The notes beneath the pieces were generated by a model, which saw nothing but the letters and a program-made list of their open reading frames with translations, was not told the DNA's origin and did not search any database. The translations under genes were made by a program, and so were the position numbers. Shown here piece by piece: positions 44,901-53,433 of a stretch of DNA of 59,985 nucleotides. Each line of letters opens with the position of its first letter. The stretch's first letter is position 1. Source of the DNA: a virus (Duplodnaviria > Caudoviricetes); IMG/VR virus record IMGVR_UViG_3300024051_000138, positions 1 to 59,985 of that record; one strand, written 5' to 3'.

Positions 44901-46086
44901 CGACCGCACCGAGAACGTGAACCGCGCCGCTCTGTACGAGCGCCTGATCGCCAAGGGGCACAGCCACGCCGAGGCATCGTTCATGGCGCGCGACCTGATG
45001 GACTTCAGCATGTCTGGCAAGTGGGAGGCGGTGCGCTTCCTGGCGCAGACGGTGCCGTTCCTGAACGCGCGCCTGCAGGGGCTGTACAAGCTGGGCCGGG
45101 CCGCGAAGGAAGACCCGCGCCGCTTCGCCGCCGTCGCGGGGGCCGTGTCCCTGGCCAGCCTGGGGCTGCTCGCGGCCTATGGTGATGACGACGACTGGAA
45201 GAAGCGCGAGGACTGGGACCGGGACGCCTACTGGTGGTTCAAGATCGGCGACAAGGCGTTCCGGATTCCGAGGCCTTTCGAGGTGGGTGCCATCGGCACG
45301 CTGGCCGAGCGCACGGCCGAGCTCATGTTCGACAAGGAAATGACGGGCCAGCGCTTCGGCCAGCGCATCAGCTCCATGGTGTTCCAGACCTTTGCCATGG
45401 ACCCGACGCCGCAAGTCCTCAAGCCGTTCATCGACGTGTACGCGAACAAGGACAGCTTCAGCGGGCGGGCCATCGAGGGCATGGCCGACGAGCGGCTGCG
45501 CCCGCAGGACCGATACAACGAGCGCACGTCGGAGATCGCGCGGCTGCTGGGTTCCTGGGGCCTGCCCGACCCGGTGCGCCTGGCCAAGGGCGAGTATGCA
45601 GGCCTTTCTCCGAAGCAGATCGACTTCCTGCTGCGCGGGTACTTCGGGTGGATGGCGACGGTGGCCACCACGGCGAGCGACATGGCGGCCCGCCCGCTGC
45701 TCGGCCGCGGCGACCGCCCGGCTCTGCGGCTGCGCGACACGTTCCTTGCGGGCAACTTCGTGGAGAGCCTGCCCACCGGCAGCAGCCGCTACGTGACGGC
45801 CATGTACGAGCAGGCCAAGGACGTGGAGCAGGCGTGGGCCAGCTACCAGGATGCGCTGAAGTCTGGCGACATGGAGAAGGCCCGGGAGATCCAGCAGGAC
45901 GAGGCGCCGAAACTACGCAACCGGTTCGCGGTGGAGAACGCCAAGCGCCGGATTGCGGAGCTCGGGCAGGAGGCCAAGCGCATCGAGTCCAACCGGCTGA
46001 TGTCTGCCGATGCCAAGCGCGCGCGGCTGGACGAGATCGAGGCGCGCAAGCACCAGGCGGCGCAGCGCCTGGCGGCTATCGGGTGA
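38962..46086 (+). CDS. Large polyvalent / ejection protein (2374 aa) with zincin HExxH, GNAT-like and LPD38-like regions
   Basis: No Cys seen; Gly/Ala hydrophobic N-terminal region; VAHELMH at about 42220; C-terminal W.RD.YW..RIPRPFEVG. Confidence 0.85.
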   Translation: MSQIDDFLDGKTNSLAPKQNAIDAFLDGAEHAPSSSTASDLAKSLKVGVERLPGMATGLADLPIALATGARPFTKAADALGEVTGFQPGKWADDTKFSAGYEQGKKAVDAAWESGSAGDIAKAYLQNPGYTANQVAESIPSMVAGGLAGRALMGAGRIAAPLAEAGGGPGAPGLLARAVGEKMAAPVAGGIGEGAVTAGQQMQQYQGEDQQKNAAAALAAGVGTGALGVGAGRVANKLGLETAETAIANAGRKDAVHAADEVPMSAKRRILGGMVSEAVLQELPQSAQEQMWQNYANGKPLMEGVLRQGLEGAVAGGVMGAGANVSDGGAGKRRAQADAQARQRAEGAAADAQAPAAPLQLGHTPDPLIVFPDGTTGRQSDVDAYLASLPEEQRTEARARLYGYAPQQADIGTSPGAADPNAPQPPAASAPQALDATTAPGAAQQLGNGVDFTRDVDTSGLSLQDPAEMERAHAATIDYQPGDTTPQWGTSQGAAPARQGLDMPAPEIDTGNLGLQDTRTPSQRMGIDPAAGPLSKAAATAVDSGASAAAAQPIARENTNAQAAQAPVASAAEPLSAARAAALETAGPASISTTTGVTNGPQAEQTQPRSAPPAQAGRAQAAEPATGGASTQAAAGAPAPGALSGGAPAQDNGAARAAAPAPQGQAQAAAPQVARPDGWRTNMLRARPVAKGMGIDTKGKRLAQVVAEIDAADTRAADAAVAGQSDDMPQARPSETLTPQEQAAFDERHGIEPGRRAEVAAKLEKSARQNEKTRASTQALGMRSQELAADEAANGPYPQQASVRTADGHWQPAAHQGGRAAKPIDGAPLFSTAGAAARWGQLERLKSRPGSDAQALARQQEAIAALGQAADQVPVKQPARTNAGAAVAARGASQERADQQAAHVAPQGREVSRETGKYKQGLSEFRANQVRDELARQNPGVTYTVEEDSSLKNGYAVVGRKAAAARSDGSQVRKGEDGAEVLYSQSMSEDLARELQKLRPPATKETVRAAVRQLVNGLGMLPNRLGRVVVASSDEIKRDWQPLVGDVSMEAESDAGKAQGFYDPNTKTVFLIADHINAGDELGVVAHELMHKHGQAVLGEDGWNRLHGAIEGWAKAPDGSMERRVYDEAATRVRKSRPKDAAEREYSSQELFPYAVQVALEMGVKPNMLAQPGTVARWLGQVRAALRQVWDKITRKPDAFQAQDLVNLAFGIAQRENPEHGGELDGALQGRGLEQFKALDDIYALPKSKATSIEQIARDNGEEVKVRTTDLIGEKLHTLTFDNGTEIRITERKASPYGQDQQVYGFDLVDGTAVPTQIGRPGENPEDVPPTGDVWLDVSQNTPAKYGAIAYNIAATYAHNTGRIFIGDPAGLSDQALRRRTEQMLSSALKFGTTEHLAPHPRQVAGDAKLGVPPLRWVYGDHVGNIERMIDVSLDALDNALPDEARTLSFDRATGQFRSRDGHVVQPRASTLGRSLDDYRAGVGKAQAGWRTLARAAYLRSFRGADGRAEGSGILDQSSDDVSRFRGGTAGSAFADPKSRIFYSRQVAPAADDYTPAQASAAERAFGTQKKLTPREKAQAFRANLATKLRQGLVDQFAPIKEVSEKAYILARLSKGSDGAVEAALLYGKPFLRDGVYDVDIKDGGFAKVLASLKGEDKRFLQWVAALRAERLKAEGKENLLTDADISALKSLNAGRMADGAARTLVYAKALQELNAFNESALKVAMESGLIDQAAYDLMKDQPYVPFYRLMEEEGGMRGPRFSSGLVNQQAWKKLKGGTEQLNADLLQNLLLNWSHLYAAAARNRASLETMAAADKMGIVYQVGADTKGAVKVMRDGVAEHWAVEDPYLLDAISAMSYAPGGLTKAMAPFKRLLTFGVTVNPTFKIRNLIRDSLSAMAQGDLSYNPAANVANGWKATSKESQTYASMLASGGVIKFGTQENTNALRDKIAKLGGVVLDDSGWGKLKGQMKSLWEVYEEFGDRTENVNRAALYERLIAKGHSHAEASFMARDLMDFSMSGKWEAVRFLAQTVPFLNARLQGLYKLGRAAKEDPRRFAAVAGAVSLASLGLLAAYGDDDDWKKREDWDRDAYWWFKIGDKAFRIPRPFEVGAIGTLAERTAELMFDKEMTGQRFGQRISSMVFQTFAMDPTPQVLKPFIDVYANKDSFSGRAIEGMADERLRPQDRYNERTSEIARLLGSWGLPDPVRLAKGEYAGLSPKQIDFLLRGYFGWMATVATTASDMAARPLLGRGDRPALRLRDTFLAGNFVESLPTGSSRYVTAMYEQAKDVEQAWASYQDALKSGDMEKAREIQQDEAPKLRNRFAVENAKRRIAELGQEAKRIESNRLMSADAKRARLDEIEARKHQAAQRLAAIG
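38968..38995 (+). repeat. 28-bp inverted repeat, copy 2 (codons 3-11 of the giant protein)
   Basis: CAGATTGACGACTTCCTCGACGGCAAGA. Confidence 0.97.
40757..40891 (+). CDS. Candidate nested +1-frame basic microprotein (44 aa)
   Basis: AGGAG-N6-ATG; MALKPSKPSRAARHQRKQDERKPQNPPRVEPARKPLLAHQRLGH. Confidence 0.4.
   Translation: MALKPSKPSRAARHQRKQDERKPQNPPRVEPARKPLLAHQRLGH
43391..43603 (+). CDS. Candidate nested +1-frame protein (70 aa)
   Basis: MTIEQVLAKHKRVGELLRELR..; the G/C third-position bias moves to this frame over the interval. Confidence 0.55.
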   Translation: MTIEQVLAKHKRVGELLRELRTCDPSVVLTDAQKDPEYWTSRAMMSPGFEVAQLEAHLLIRKAEFSTAAK

Positions 46087-46246
46087 GGCCGCCCCATTCC
46101 AGGAGCTGCCAAGCGAACCCCAGGGTGCCAACGATGGCGATGATGGTCCAGAAGCTCAGGACCATCTCGCCGCGCTCTGCCTTGGTGGTCAGTTTGAAGA
46201 ACGCAACGGCGCCGAAGACCAGCAGCCAGAAGATGAGGGTGGGCAT
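46076..46246 (-). CDS. Small two-TM membrane protein (moron, 56 aa)
   Basis: MPTLIFWLLVFGAVAFFKLTTKAERGEMVLSFWTIIAIVGTLGFAWQLL. Confidence 0.75.
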   Translation of the reverse strand: MPTLIFWLLVFGAVAFFKLTTKAERGEMVLSFWTIIAIVGTLGFAWQLLEWGGLTR

Positions 46247-46252
46247 GGCGGA

Positions 46253-46281
46253 ATCGTAGGACCTGGGCGGCACGCTGGCAA
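46253..46281 (-). promoter_or_regulatory. Sigma70-type promoter for the two-TM moron (leaderless)
   Basis: TTGCCA-17bp-TACGAT-6bp-ATG. Confidence 0.7.
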
Positions 46282-46304
46282 TCCGCGCTGGCGGGAATGC
46301 CGCG

Positions 46305-46357
46305 CCCCCGTATAGGGTTGGACGCAAAACTCCCATGCCGGAACACTCCCCGGCATG
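46305..46357 (+). promoter_or_regulatory. Putative late promoter 3 (tail)
   Basis: CCCCCGTATAGGGTT-N22-AACACT-N7-ATG. Confidence 0.8.
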
Positions 46358-47500
46358 CGTGATGTTTCCATCGGCACCATCCTGGGCCTGAACAACCGCC
46401 TCCCGCTCACGCGCATGGAGACGGTGCTGCCCAGCCGCGCGACGGCGGCATGGCTGCGCACGGCCAGCAATATCGACTTGACCGCCGACGGCTTCATCCG
46501 CCGCCGCTGGGGGTATGCGCGCTCGGCGGACGGCAACTGGCATTCCCTGTGGGCGGATGACCTGGGCGCCTACGGCGTGTGTGATGGCGACCTCGTGCGC
46601 ATCGACCGCCGCACGCTGGCACGGACCGTGGTGCTACCTGCCGCAGGCATGGGCCGCGTGAGCTACGCCCGGCTGCCTGATGGACTGCTCTACTGGACGA
46701 ACGGCACACGCGCCGGGCGGCTGGATGGCACTGCCGCCCGCGCGCTGGTCACGCCCGCACCCAACCCGGTGCCTATCGCCACTGCAACGGCTGGCGGCCT
46801 GCCTCCCGGCCGCTACCAGGTGTGTTTCACGGCTCTGGGGGCGGACGGCGAGTCCGCCAGCACCGAGCCGCAAGCCATCGCGCTGCCCCAGGGCGGCGGC
46901 GTCGCGTTCACCGGCCTGACCGCCGACACCCGCATCTACGCCACAGGCCCGGATGGTGAGGTCTTCAACGAGATCGCCCCTGGCGACTACCTGAGCTTGG
47001 GCAACGACGGCGCGCCGTGCGACACCTTCATGCTTGCGCCCATGCCCCCCGGCCAGGCGCTGGCGCACTACAGGGGCTCGCTGCTGGTGGCCTCCGGCCG
47101 CTGGCTCTACATCAGCGAGCCCTACCGCTACGGGCTGCACAACCCGCGCCGGGGCTTCATCCCATTCCCCGCCGCCATCAGCATCGTGCAGCCCTGCGAG
47201 GACGGCATCTACGTGTGCGCGGACAAGACCTACTGGTTGCCGGGCGACCCGCTTGCCACCACGCCCGTGGTGGTGCTGCCCTACGGCGCGCTGCCGGGCT
47301 CGGCCGTGTTCGACCCGGACGAGCAGACGGCCTACTGGCAGGGCGAACACGGCGTAGTGGTCGCCGAGCCGGGCGGCGCCGTGGCTGTGCCGCAGGACGA
47401 CGCGCTGACCTTCTCTCCTGCCGAGTCCGGCGCCACCTGGCTGCGCGAGCAGCGCGGCGACCGGCACCTCATCACCACACGCTTTGGAGTGACCCCATGA
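46355..47500 (+). CDS. Putative tail nozzle / tubular protein
   Basis: GLNN..NIDL..G..RRR.G start; beta-propeller-like. Confidence 0.65.
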   Translation: MRDVSIGTILGLNNRLPLTRMETVLPSRATAAWLRTASNIDLTADGFIRRRWGYARSADGNWHSLWADDLGAYGVCDGDLVRIDRRTLARTVVLPAAGMGRVSYARLPDGLLYWTNGTRAGRLDGTAARALVTPAPNPVPIATATAGGLPPGRYQVCFTALGADGESASTEPQAIALPQGGGVAFTGLTADTRIYATGPDGEVFNEIAPGDYLSLGNDGAPCDTFMLAPMPPGQALAHYRGSLLVASGRWLYISEPYRYGLHNPRRGFIPFPAAISIVQPCEDGIYVCADKTYWLPGDPLATTPVVVLPYGALPGSAVFDPDEQTAYWQGEHGVVVAEPGGAVAVPQDDALTFSPAESGATWLREQRGDRHLITTRFGVTP

Positions 47501-47919
47501 GCCCCTTCTTCCCGGCCGAGGGCCGTAACTACCTCTGGAACGTCGCATTGCGCGGCGGCGTGCAGTATTCGACCTGGTACCTGGCCCTGTTCGAGGGCGA
47601 CTACACGCCCCAGGACGACGACACCGCCGCCAACTTCACCGTGCGCGCGACCGAGTGCACGGCCTACACGCTGGGCACGCGCCCGGAGTTTGTCGAGTCC
47701 GAGCCTGCGAACGGCGCGGTGGACAACGACGACAACATCACCGCATTCACTTTGAGCGCGGCCAAGACCATCAAAGGCTACGCCATCCTCTCCGCGCCCG
47801 CCAAGGGCGCAACGTCGGGCGTCCTGCTGTGCATCCAGAAGCTGACCGCGCCGCGCAGCTATGGCGCGGGCGATGTGGTCCGTGTGCCCGCGTCGCTGAT
47901 CCTCGCCAACGTGTCTTGA
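47497..47919 (+). CDS. Putative tail protein
   Basis: EGRNYL..WYLALFEGDYTP..Y..RP; coupled. Confidence 0.7.
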   Translation: MSPFFPAEGRNYLWNVALRGGVQYSTWYLALFEGDYTPQDDDTAANFTVRATECTAYTLGTRPEFVESEPANGAVDNDDNITAFTLSAAKTIKGYAILSAPAKGATSGVLLCIQKLTAPRSYGAGDVVRVPASLILANVS

Positions 47920-47929
47920 AGGAAAAACC

Positions 47930-48394
47930 ATGGCTCTCAAATTCTCCACCGGCTATCGCAATGCCGCTGCCGCAGCGGCCCTGGGTATTGCGCCGAGCGC
48001 ATCCATCATGGACGGCTGCGTGCTGATGGCATACGCTGGCCCCGAACCGGCCAGCGCCGATGCGGACATCGGCGGCGCTACGCTGCTGGCGACCTACAGC
48101 AAGGGCGGAGACGGCACGCCGCTGGCCTGGGGCGCGCCTGCGGGCGGTTCCGTCTCCAAGCCTTCGGGCGATGTGTGGAGCGCCACGGCGGTTGCCACGG
48201 GCACGACCGTGTTCTTTCGTTACCAGCTCCCCGACGATGACGGTACGGCCAGCACCACGGCTGTTCGTATTCAGGGCAAGGTGGGCCTGGTGTCCGACCC
48301 GGCCGCCGACTTGGCGCTGTCTTTTCCGGCCATGGTCGCTGGTGCGCCGCAGACCATCGAAGCTGCCTCGGCCACGGTGCCGTCGAGCATGTAA
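47930..48394 (+). CDS. Putative virion structural protein
   Basis: MALKFSTGYRN..Y.G..P.SAD..G.LL..ATGT..FFR. Confidence 0.7.
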   Translation: MALKFSTGYRNAAAAAALGIAPSASIMDGCVLMAYAGPEPASADADIGGATLLATYSKGGDGTPLAWGAPAGGSVSKPSGDVWSATAVATGTTVFFRYQLPDDDGTASTTAVRIQGKVGLVSDPAADLALSFPAMVAGAPQTIEAASATVPSSM

Positions 48395-48404
48395 GAGGCG
48401 GGTG

Positions 48405-49064
48405 ATGGGCGTGTACCTCATCAAAGACGGCGAACTGCAGGCCGATGCCGGGTTCCCGCTCATGCACCTCACTGGCTCCGGCCTGCTGGTGGTGCACTCC
48501 GAAGATGACCCGTGGGCCATCGGTGTTGGCGGGGACGCAGGTGCGCCGCCATCGTGGGATGACGAGGCGCCAGCGCCTGCCCCTACCTGCGAGATGCGCA
48601 TTGCCCCCGATGCGACGAGCGCAAGCATTGGCCTGTGGAACGCTGCCGGTGACGGCATCGTGTTCACGTACTCGACAAGCATCTTCCCGGAACTCATGTT
48701 CCGCGTTTGGGAAGGTGGAACCTGGGATTCCGGTGGGACCGCCCAGATAGAGATAGCGCTGCCGCCTGACTTCGATACGCTCTCCATGCGGTTCGAGAAC
48801 GGCGTGATGCGCGTCGTGGTTGATGGCGTGGTGCTGGGCTCTGTGGACCTGCGCCTCTACGTCGCGGAGGATTTTGCGGGCGATGTGGAGTCCTCCATTG
48901 CAGCGCTCGTACCCACGGCTTTCGGTGCCACGCCCAATGACTTCGACCACACGACTGGCGGTGAATCCATCATCGACGTGTTCTACGACGGTGTGCTGGA
49001 TGACCCCATCGTCACGCCAGAGGCCTTCTGGACCCAGCGGGCCGGGTGCGTGGAAGTGCTGTGA
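48405..49064 (+). CDS. Hypothetical tail-region protein (very acidic)
   Basis: 219 aa, ends FWTQRAGCVE. Confidence 0.65.
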   Translation: MGVYLIKDGELQADAGFPLMHLTGSGLLVVHSEDDPWAIGVGGDAGAPPSWDDEAPAPAPTCEMRIAPDATSASIGLWNAAGDGIVFTYSTSIFPELMFRVWEGGTWDSGGTAQIEIALPPDFDTLSMRFENGVMRVVVDGVVLGSVDLRLYVAEDFAGDVESSIAALVPTAFGATPNDFDHTTGGESIIDVFYDGVLDDPIVTPEAFWTQRAGCVEVL

Positions 49065-50620
49065 TGGACTACACCAAGTTCCCGCACCAGACCAGCATCC
49101 CGCCCAGCATGGAGGGCGAGCGCCAAGCGCGCTTTCTCGACACGCTGGGAACGCCGTACCTGCACCGCAGGAACGTGGACGGATCGGTGTCGAGGAAGGC
49201 GGGCGGGCGGCTGTACGTGACGCCCGCGCAACAGGCCAGCGCCCAGCAGAGCACCTTCCTCAGCCTGGGCATGGTGGGCGATGATCGCCGGGTGGATGCT
49301 CTGCGCGCCTACCAGCTGCAGGGCAACTTCGACCCGCGTGGCGTGCTGGCTGGCGACGGCGGGCTTACGGGCGGCACCACGGCGAGCACGGGTGACATCC
49401 CCCGGCGCCTGTTGCAATTTGCGCGAGGGTGGGGCGCCACGCAGTCCCTGATCGACTCGGGCGGCGTGGTCGGCGCGGACGGGAACTACGTGACGCGCAC
49501 GATAGCGGTGGACAAGACCAGGAACGGCGCGGACTTCGAGCGCACGCTCGAGTACCAGGTGTGGACCAACCTCGCGGCGGGCGTCGATGGCTCCCCCATG
49601 TGGCTGCCAACGTGCCCGCCCACGGTGCTGGCGGACGGAACGCAGCTCACGGCGGGCTTCGGCTTCGTGGGGCCGCGCGGCGACAACACGTCGGAGTTCT
49701 TCTACCTGCATGGCCGGGGGGATGCCATCACGACAGTGCGGCCGGTGCCGGACCCGCTGCCGGACACGCCCGGGTACAAGCGGGCCTTCATCCCCTTCGT
49801 CACCAGCCCCGCGGGCCGGGTGGCGTTCGCCTACACAGAGAGCTACCCGGCGACCGTGACGGGAAACTACTCCGGCCTCATGATGGTATTCGGCAGCGAC
49901 GGCGGCCTGACGTGGAGCCCGCCCCTGTACCCGCAGGGCCTGTTCGATGAAGGGGAGGGTCCGCGCGAGTCTGGATCGTGGGCGGGGATTGTCGAAGCCA
50001 TTCCGCGTTTCGTGGTGCCGATCACACGCACGCGCTCCATCGGGTGCACGGTGGCCTACCACCGCTCCGGCTGGCTGGGCGGGTCGAATCCCTGGTGCCG
50101 CATCAAGCTGATCGAGATCGACACGGCGGCTCGCACCGTGACGGGCAAGGCCGTGCTCGCCGAGGGTCCGGCCCTGGGGTACCACGACTACATCGGCACG
50201 GCGATTCCCATTGCTGGGGGGGTGCTGTTCACGCTCAAGACGCCCTGGCGGTCTGGCACGCCGTTGCTGCCGCAACCCTTCGACCTGGCCGTGGAGTGCT
50301 GGTTCACGGCGGACGGCAGCGATGCCGTGCACAAGGGCACGATGCCGTGGACGGCCGGGCAGACGGGGCCGATTTTTGCCATCGACAAGAACACCGTCGG
50401 CTGCGCGGTGTTCGCGGACTTCGAGGGCTACTCGGTCTATGCCTCGCGCGATCTCGGAGCAACGTGGGAGCGCTGGGCCTCCATCGACATCGACGCGGAC
50501 CTGTTCGTGGAGGACGGGGTAGCGCGCCTGAACGACTTCGAGAGCGTCATCCAGTTGCCCGGCAATCCCGCGCCCGGTGCGCCGTGGATCACGGACGCGC
50601 GTGTCCCCGCGCCGAACTAG
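49064..50620 (+). CDS. Tail-region beta-propeller protein with Asp-box motifs
   Basis: SDGGLTWS and SRDLGATWE (BNR/Asp-box). Confidence 0.7.
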   Translation: MDYTKFPHQTSIPPSMEGERQARFLDTLGTPYLHRRNVDGSVSRKAGGRLYVTPAQQASAQQSTFLSLGMVGDDRRVDALRAYQLQGNFDPRGVLAGDGGLTGGTTASTGDIPRRLLQFARGWGATQSLIDSGGVVGADGNYVTRTIAVDKTRNGADFERTLEYQVWTNLAAGVDGSPMWLPTCPPTVLADGTQLTAGFGFVGPRGDNTSEFFYLHGRGDAITTVRPVPDPLPDTPGYKRAFIPFVTSPAGRVAFAYTESYPATVTGNYSGLMMVFGSDGGLTWSPPLYPQGLFDEGEGPRESGSWAGIVEAIPRFVVPITRTRSIGCTVAYHRSGWLGGSNPWCRIKLIEIDTAARTVTGKAVLAEGPALGYHDYIGTAIPIAGGVLFTLKTPWRSGTPLLPQPFDLAVECWFTADGSDAVHKGTMPWTAGQTGPIFAIDKNTVGCAVFADFEGYSVYASRDLGATWERWASIDIDADLFVEDGVARLNDFESVIQLPGNPAPGAPWITDARVPAPN

Positions 50621-50629
50621 AGCACGACT

Positions 50630-52417
50630 ATGGCGAACCAGCTCATCAAGTCCAAGACGTTCACCCCCGGGGCAGGGGGACAGCCGTACCGCGCGCCACA
50701 GCCCGCGCGCACGGGCTATGTCACGCAGAAGGTGTGCGGATACAAGGGCGGGCATTGGGGCCTGGTCGGCAGCGGCGGCGGTGGCGGTACGGCGTTCTCT
50801 GTCAATGACGAGGACTACACCGTCACCCGCGAGGAGGTGACCTATGGGTACGTGGACGACAACGGCCGCCCAGTGGCCTACTCGTGCTGGAACGAGCAAG
50901 TGCCCGTGCACTACCCTGCGGACCCGGGGCAGCAGTACATTCCGGCGTCCCCGGACAAGACGGACTACCACCTGGGCTGGGATTCCGGCGCCCGCTCGCT
51001 GCTGTTCGTCACGGGTGACAGCCAGGCCACGTTCCATGCGGGTGCCTCCAACATCGGCGCGATCTGCGGCCTCAACAGCTACGAAGAGCCGCTGAACTAC
51101 ACGGGCGCCACCATCCGCTTCGGCTGGTATCTCGCGCGCGGCGCGGCCAAGGTGGTCGAGCGCGGGAGCTTCAAGACTGGCACCTACCCCTACGGCAACG
51201 ACACGGAGTTCAAGATCAGCCGCGTGGACGGCGTGGTCACGTACGCCATCGACGGCACCGTGGTCTATACGTCATCGGCCGACGGTGGCGATGATCCGCT
51301 GTGGCTGCAGGCTGCGTTGTACTCGGGCGACGACGAGATCTTCGACCCCGTGCTGAGCGCGCCCGAGGCAACAGAAGTGACGGGCACGCTGACGCTGACC
51401 CTGCCGCCTGTCTGCCTGGCCGCGCGCCAGGGCACGGGCGGAGTGCTGCGCCTGGGCCTGCCCCAGCCGGGGCTGGCGATGGGCGATGAGGCGATGGCTG
51501 CGCCCGCGTTCGCCATGCTGAACCTGGTGCTCCCGCCCGTGGCACCGTCGCTGTACGGGTTGACGGGGATCGTGGGGCAACTGGCCCTGTCGCTCCCGCA
51601 GCCATCCGCCGTGCTGGCGGACAAGCCGCTGGGGCGCCTCTCGCTTACGCTGCCAGGGCTCTTGATGCGGGCGCGCAACTGGCCCTTGGACGAACTGCCC
51701 TTCGACCCCAGCCCGCTGCTGATCGTGGGGCGTTCGGGGGTGCACGGCATCGTGACGCTGCCCACCAAGCCCATGAAGGCCGTGCTCTCGGGCAGCATGG
51801 ATGCCTACGCCGAGGTGACGCTGAGCACGGTGGCGATGACGCTGCTCGTGGGCGGAAGCATCGACGTGCAGGCCGAGACGGTGCTGGCCACGGTGCCCAT
51901 GACGCTGCTCATGGGCGGAAGCCTCGGCGGCGTGCTCTCCAGCCTGAACGAAGTGTTCGCGCTGAACATCACGGGCGGCAAGCCGGGTGGCACCACGCAG
52001 TACGAGAACTACCCGTTCAACAGCGTGGCGAAGATCGGTGGGCGGTACTACGGCGCGAGCGAGGACGGGCTGCACCTGCTCGAAGGCGAGGACGACGCGG
52101 GCCAGCCCATCGAGGCCAGCTTCGGCCTGGGGCAGATGGACTTCGGCAGCCCGCAGATCAAGACCGTGACCTACTGCTACCTGGGCGCTGCGGCGGGTGG
52201 CATGCGCCTGGAGCTGCAGGCCCTGCTGGGCGGCGGCCCAGCCATCTTCCGCTATCCCGCTCGTGGGCACGGGCGCTCCATGCGCGAGCTGCGTTTCGAC
52301 CTGGGCCGAGGGCTGCGCAGCAGCTACGTGATGCCCACTTTCTACAACTGCGGCGGTGCACCCTTCGAGGTGGACGCCGTGCGCTTCATGATCGCCGAGT
52401 CGGCGCGGAGGATTTGA
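50630..52417 (+). CDS. Tail structural protein with lectin-like N-terminal region and internal repeats
   Basis: Five LxLxLP repeats, three 21-aa repeats (about 51750-51935), C-terminal YENYPFNS..YYGA..GL..L.G.DD.G. Confidence 0.7.
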   Translation: MANQLIKSKTFTPGAGGQPYRAPQPARTGYVTQKVCGYKGGHWGLVGSGGGGGTAFSVNDEDYTVTREEVTYGYVDDNGRPVAYSCWNEQVPVHYPADPGQQYIPASPDKTDYHLGWDSGARSLLFVTGDSQATFHAGASNIGAICGLNSYEEPLNYTGATIRFGWYLARGAAKVVERGSFKTGTYPYGNDTEFKISRVDGVVTYAIDGTVVYTSSADGGDDPLWLQAALYSGDDEIFDPVLSAPEATEVTGTLTLTLPPVCLAARQGTGGVLRLGLPQPGLAMGDEAMAAPAFAMLNLVLPPVAPSLYGLTGIVGQLALSLPQPSAVLADKPLGRLSLTLPGLLMRARNWPLDELPFDPSPLLIVGRSGVHGIVTLPTKPMKAVLSGSMDAYAEVTLSTVAMTLLVGGSIDVQAETVLATVPMTLLMGGSLGGVLSSLNEVFALNITGGKPGGTTQYENYPFNSVAKIGGRYYGASEDGLHLLEGEDDAGQPIEASFGLGQMDFGSPQIKTVTYCYLGAAAGGMRLELQALLGGGPAIFRYPARGHGRSMRELRFDLGRGLRSSYVMPTFYNCGGAPFEVDAVRFMIAESARRI

Positions 52418-52419
52418 CG

Positions 52420-53433
52420 ATGGCTACTGGAGACCTGCTCCCGACCGATGGGCTGAGCGGCCCGGCGCTCTACACCAATCTGATCCTGAACGCCAAGTGG
52501 GTGCTGGCGCAGGACTGGTATCGGCAGTCCTACGATTTCAGCGACGACGCGCAGGCGGACATCGGCACCGCGCCGCAGATGCTCCCGGCCAACTTGGACA
52601 AGACGCTCGACAAGGTGGATCCGCCGAAGAACCTGACGTTCGATGACCCGAATGCGGTGATGGCGTATTTCAACTCCACGAACGCACAGTTGTCGGCCAG
52701 GATCGACCAGGCGTTCCAGGACATCCTGGGCATCGCGTTCCCGGACATGGACGTGTTCGGAGCGGCGTTGGCGTGGTGCAAGCGCGCGATTACCCAGGGC
52801 GGCACGGGCATCAACACGGGCGTGGAGGCGGCGCTGTGGGAGCGCGGCCGCGCACGCATATTGAAGCAGGCCGACCGCGATACGGCCAGCGCCACGGAGA
52901 AATACGCCCGAGCGGGCTGGCCGCTGCCGCCCGGCGCCATGCTCAACGACATCGCCGCGATCCGCCAGGACAGCCGCGACAAGCTGGCCGAGCAGAGCCG
53001 GGACATTGCAATCAAGAGCTTTGACACCGAGATCGAGAACGTGCGCTTCGCCATCAAGACGGTGGGCGACCTGTTCGGACAGGCGCTCAATGCCGTGGGC
53101 GAGTACGTCAAGACGGTGATGATGGGGCCGCAGATAGCCATGCAGATGGCTACCTCGATGAGCGGGCTCAAGAACGAGGCTGCGCGCACGCTGGTGGCGC
53201 TGTACCAGGCGCAGAGCGCGGCGCTGGATCCGTTCGTGCGGCTGTCGATCACCGACGCGCAGCTGCACCAGAGCGCCGCCGAAGCGAACCTGCGCGCCAG
53301 GAGTGAGACGGCGCGCATGCGGGTGGATGTGGCGCTGGCGAAGTCGAAGATGGCGGCTGACGCGGTTTCCGCGTCGCTCAACGCTATCAGTGCAGGCATG
53401 AGCAATACCATGTCTTCCAGCGTTGCGCTGTAA
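52420..53433 (+). CDS. Helical virion protein (tail or ejection)
   Basis: 337 aa, ALWERGR.R..GWPLPPG. Confidence 0.7.
   Translation: MATGDLLPTDGLSGPALYTNLILNAKWVLAQDWYRQSYDFSDDAQADIGTAPQMLPANLDKTLDKVDPPKNLTFDDPNAVMAYFNSTNAQLSARIDQAFQDILGIAFPDMDVFGAALAWCKRAITQGGTGINTGVEAALWERGRARILKQADRDTASATEKYARAGWPLPPGAMLNDIAAIRQDSRDKLAEQSRDIAIKSFDTEIENVRFAIKTVGDLFGQALNAVGEYVKTVMMGPQIAMQMATSMSGLKNEAARTLVALYQAQSAALDPFVRLSITDAQLHQSAAEANLRARSETARMRVDVALAKSKMAADAVSASLNAISAGMSNTMSSSVAL

Noticed and set aside
39889-45414. Very long minus-strand ORFs (967 aa and 736 aa)
   Set aside because: They are antisense shadows of a high-GC gene with strong codon bias, with no protein-like motifs.
48983-51037. 684-aa minus-strand ORF, and similar shadows at 22063-23601, 32099-33412 and 33482-34567
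   Set aside because: They mirror well-supported plus-strand genes and have Arg/Ala/Gly-rich shadow composition.
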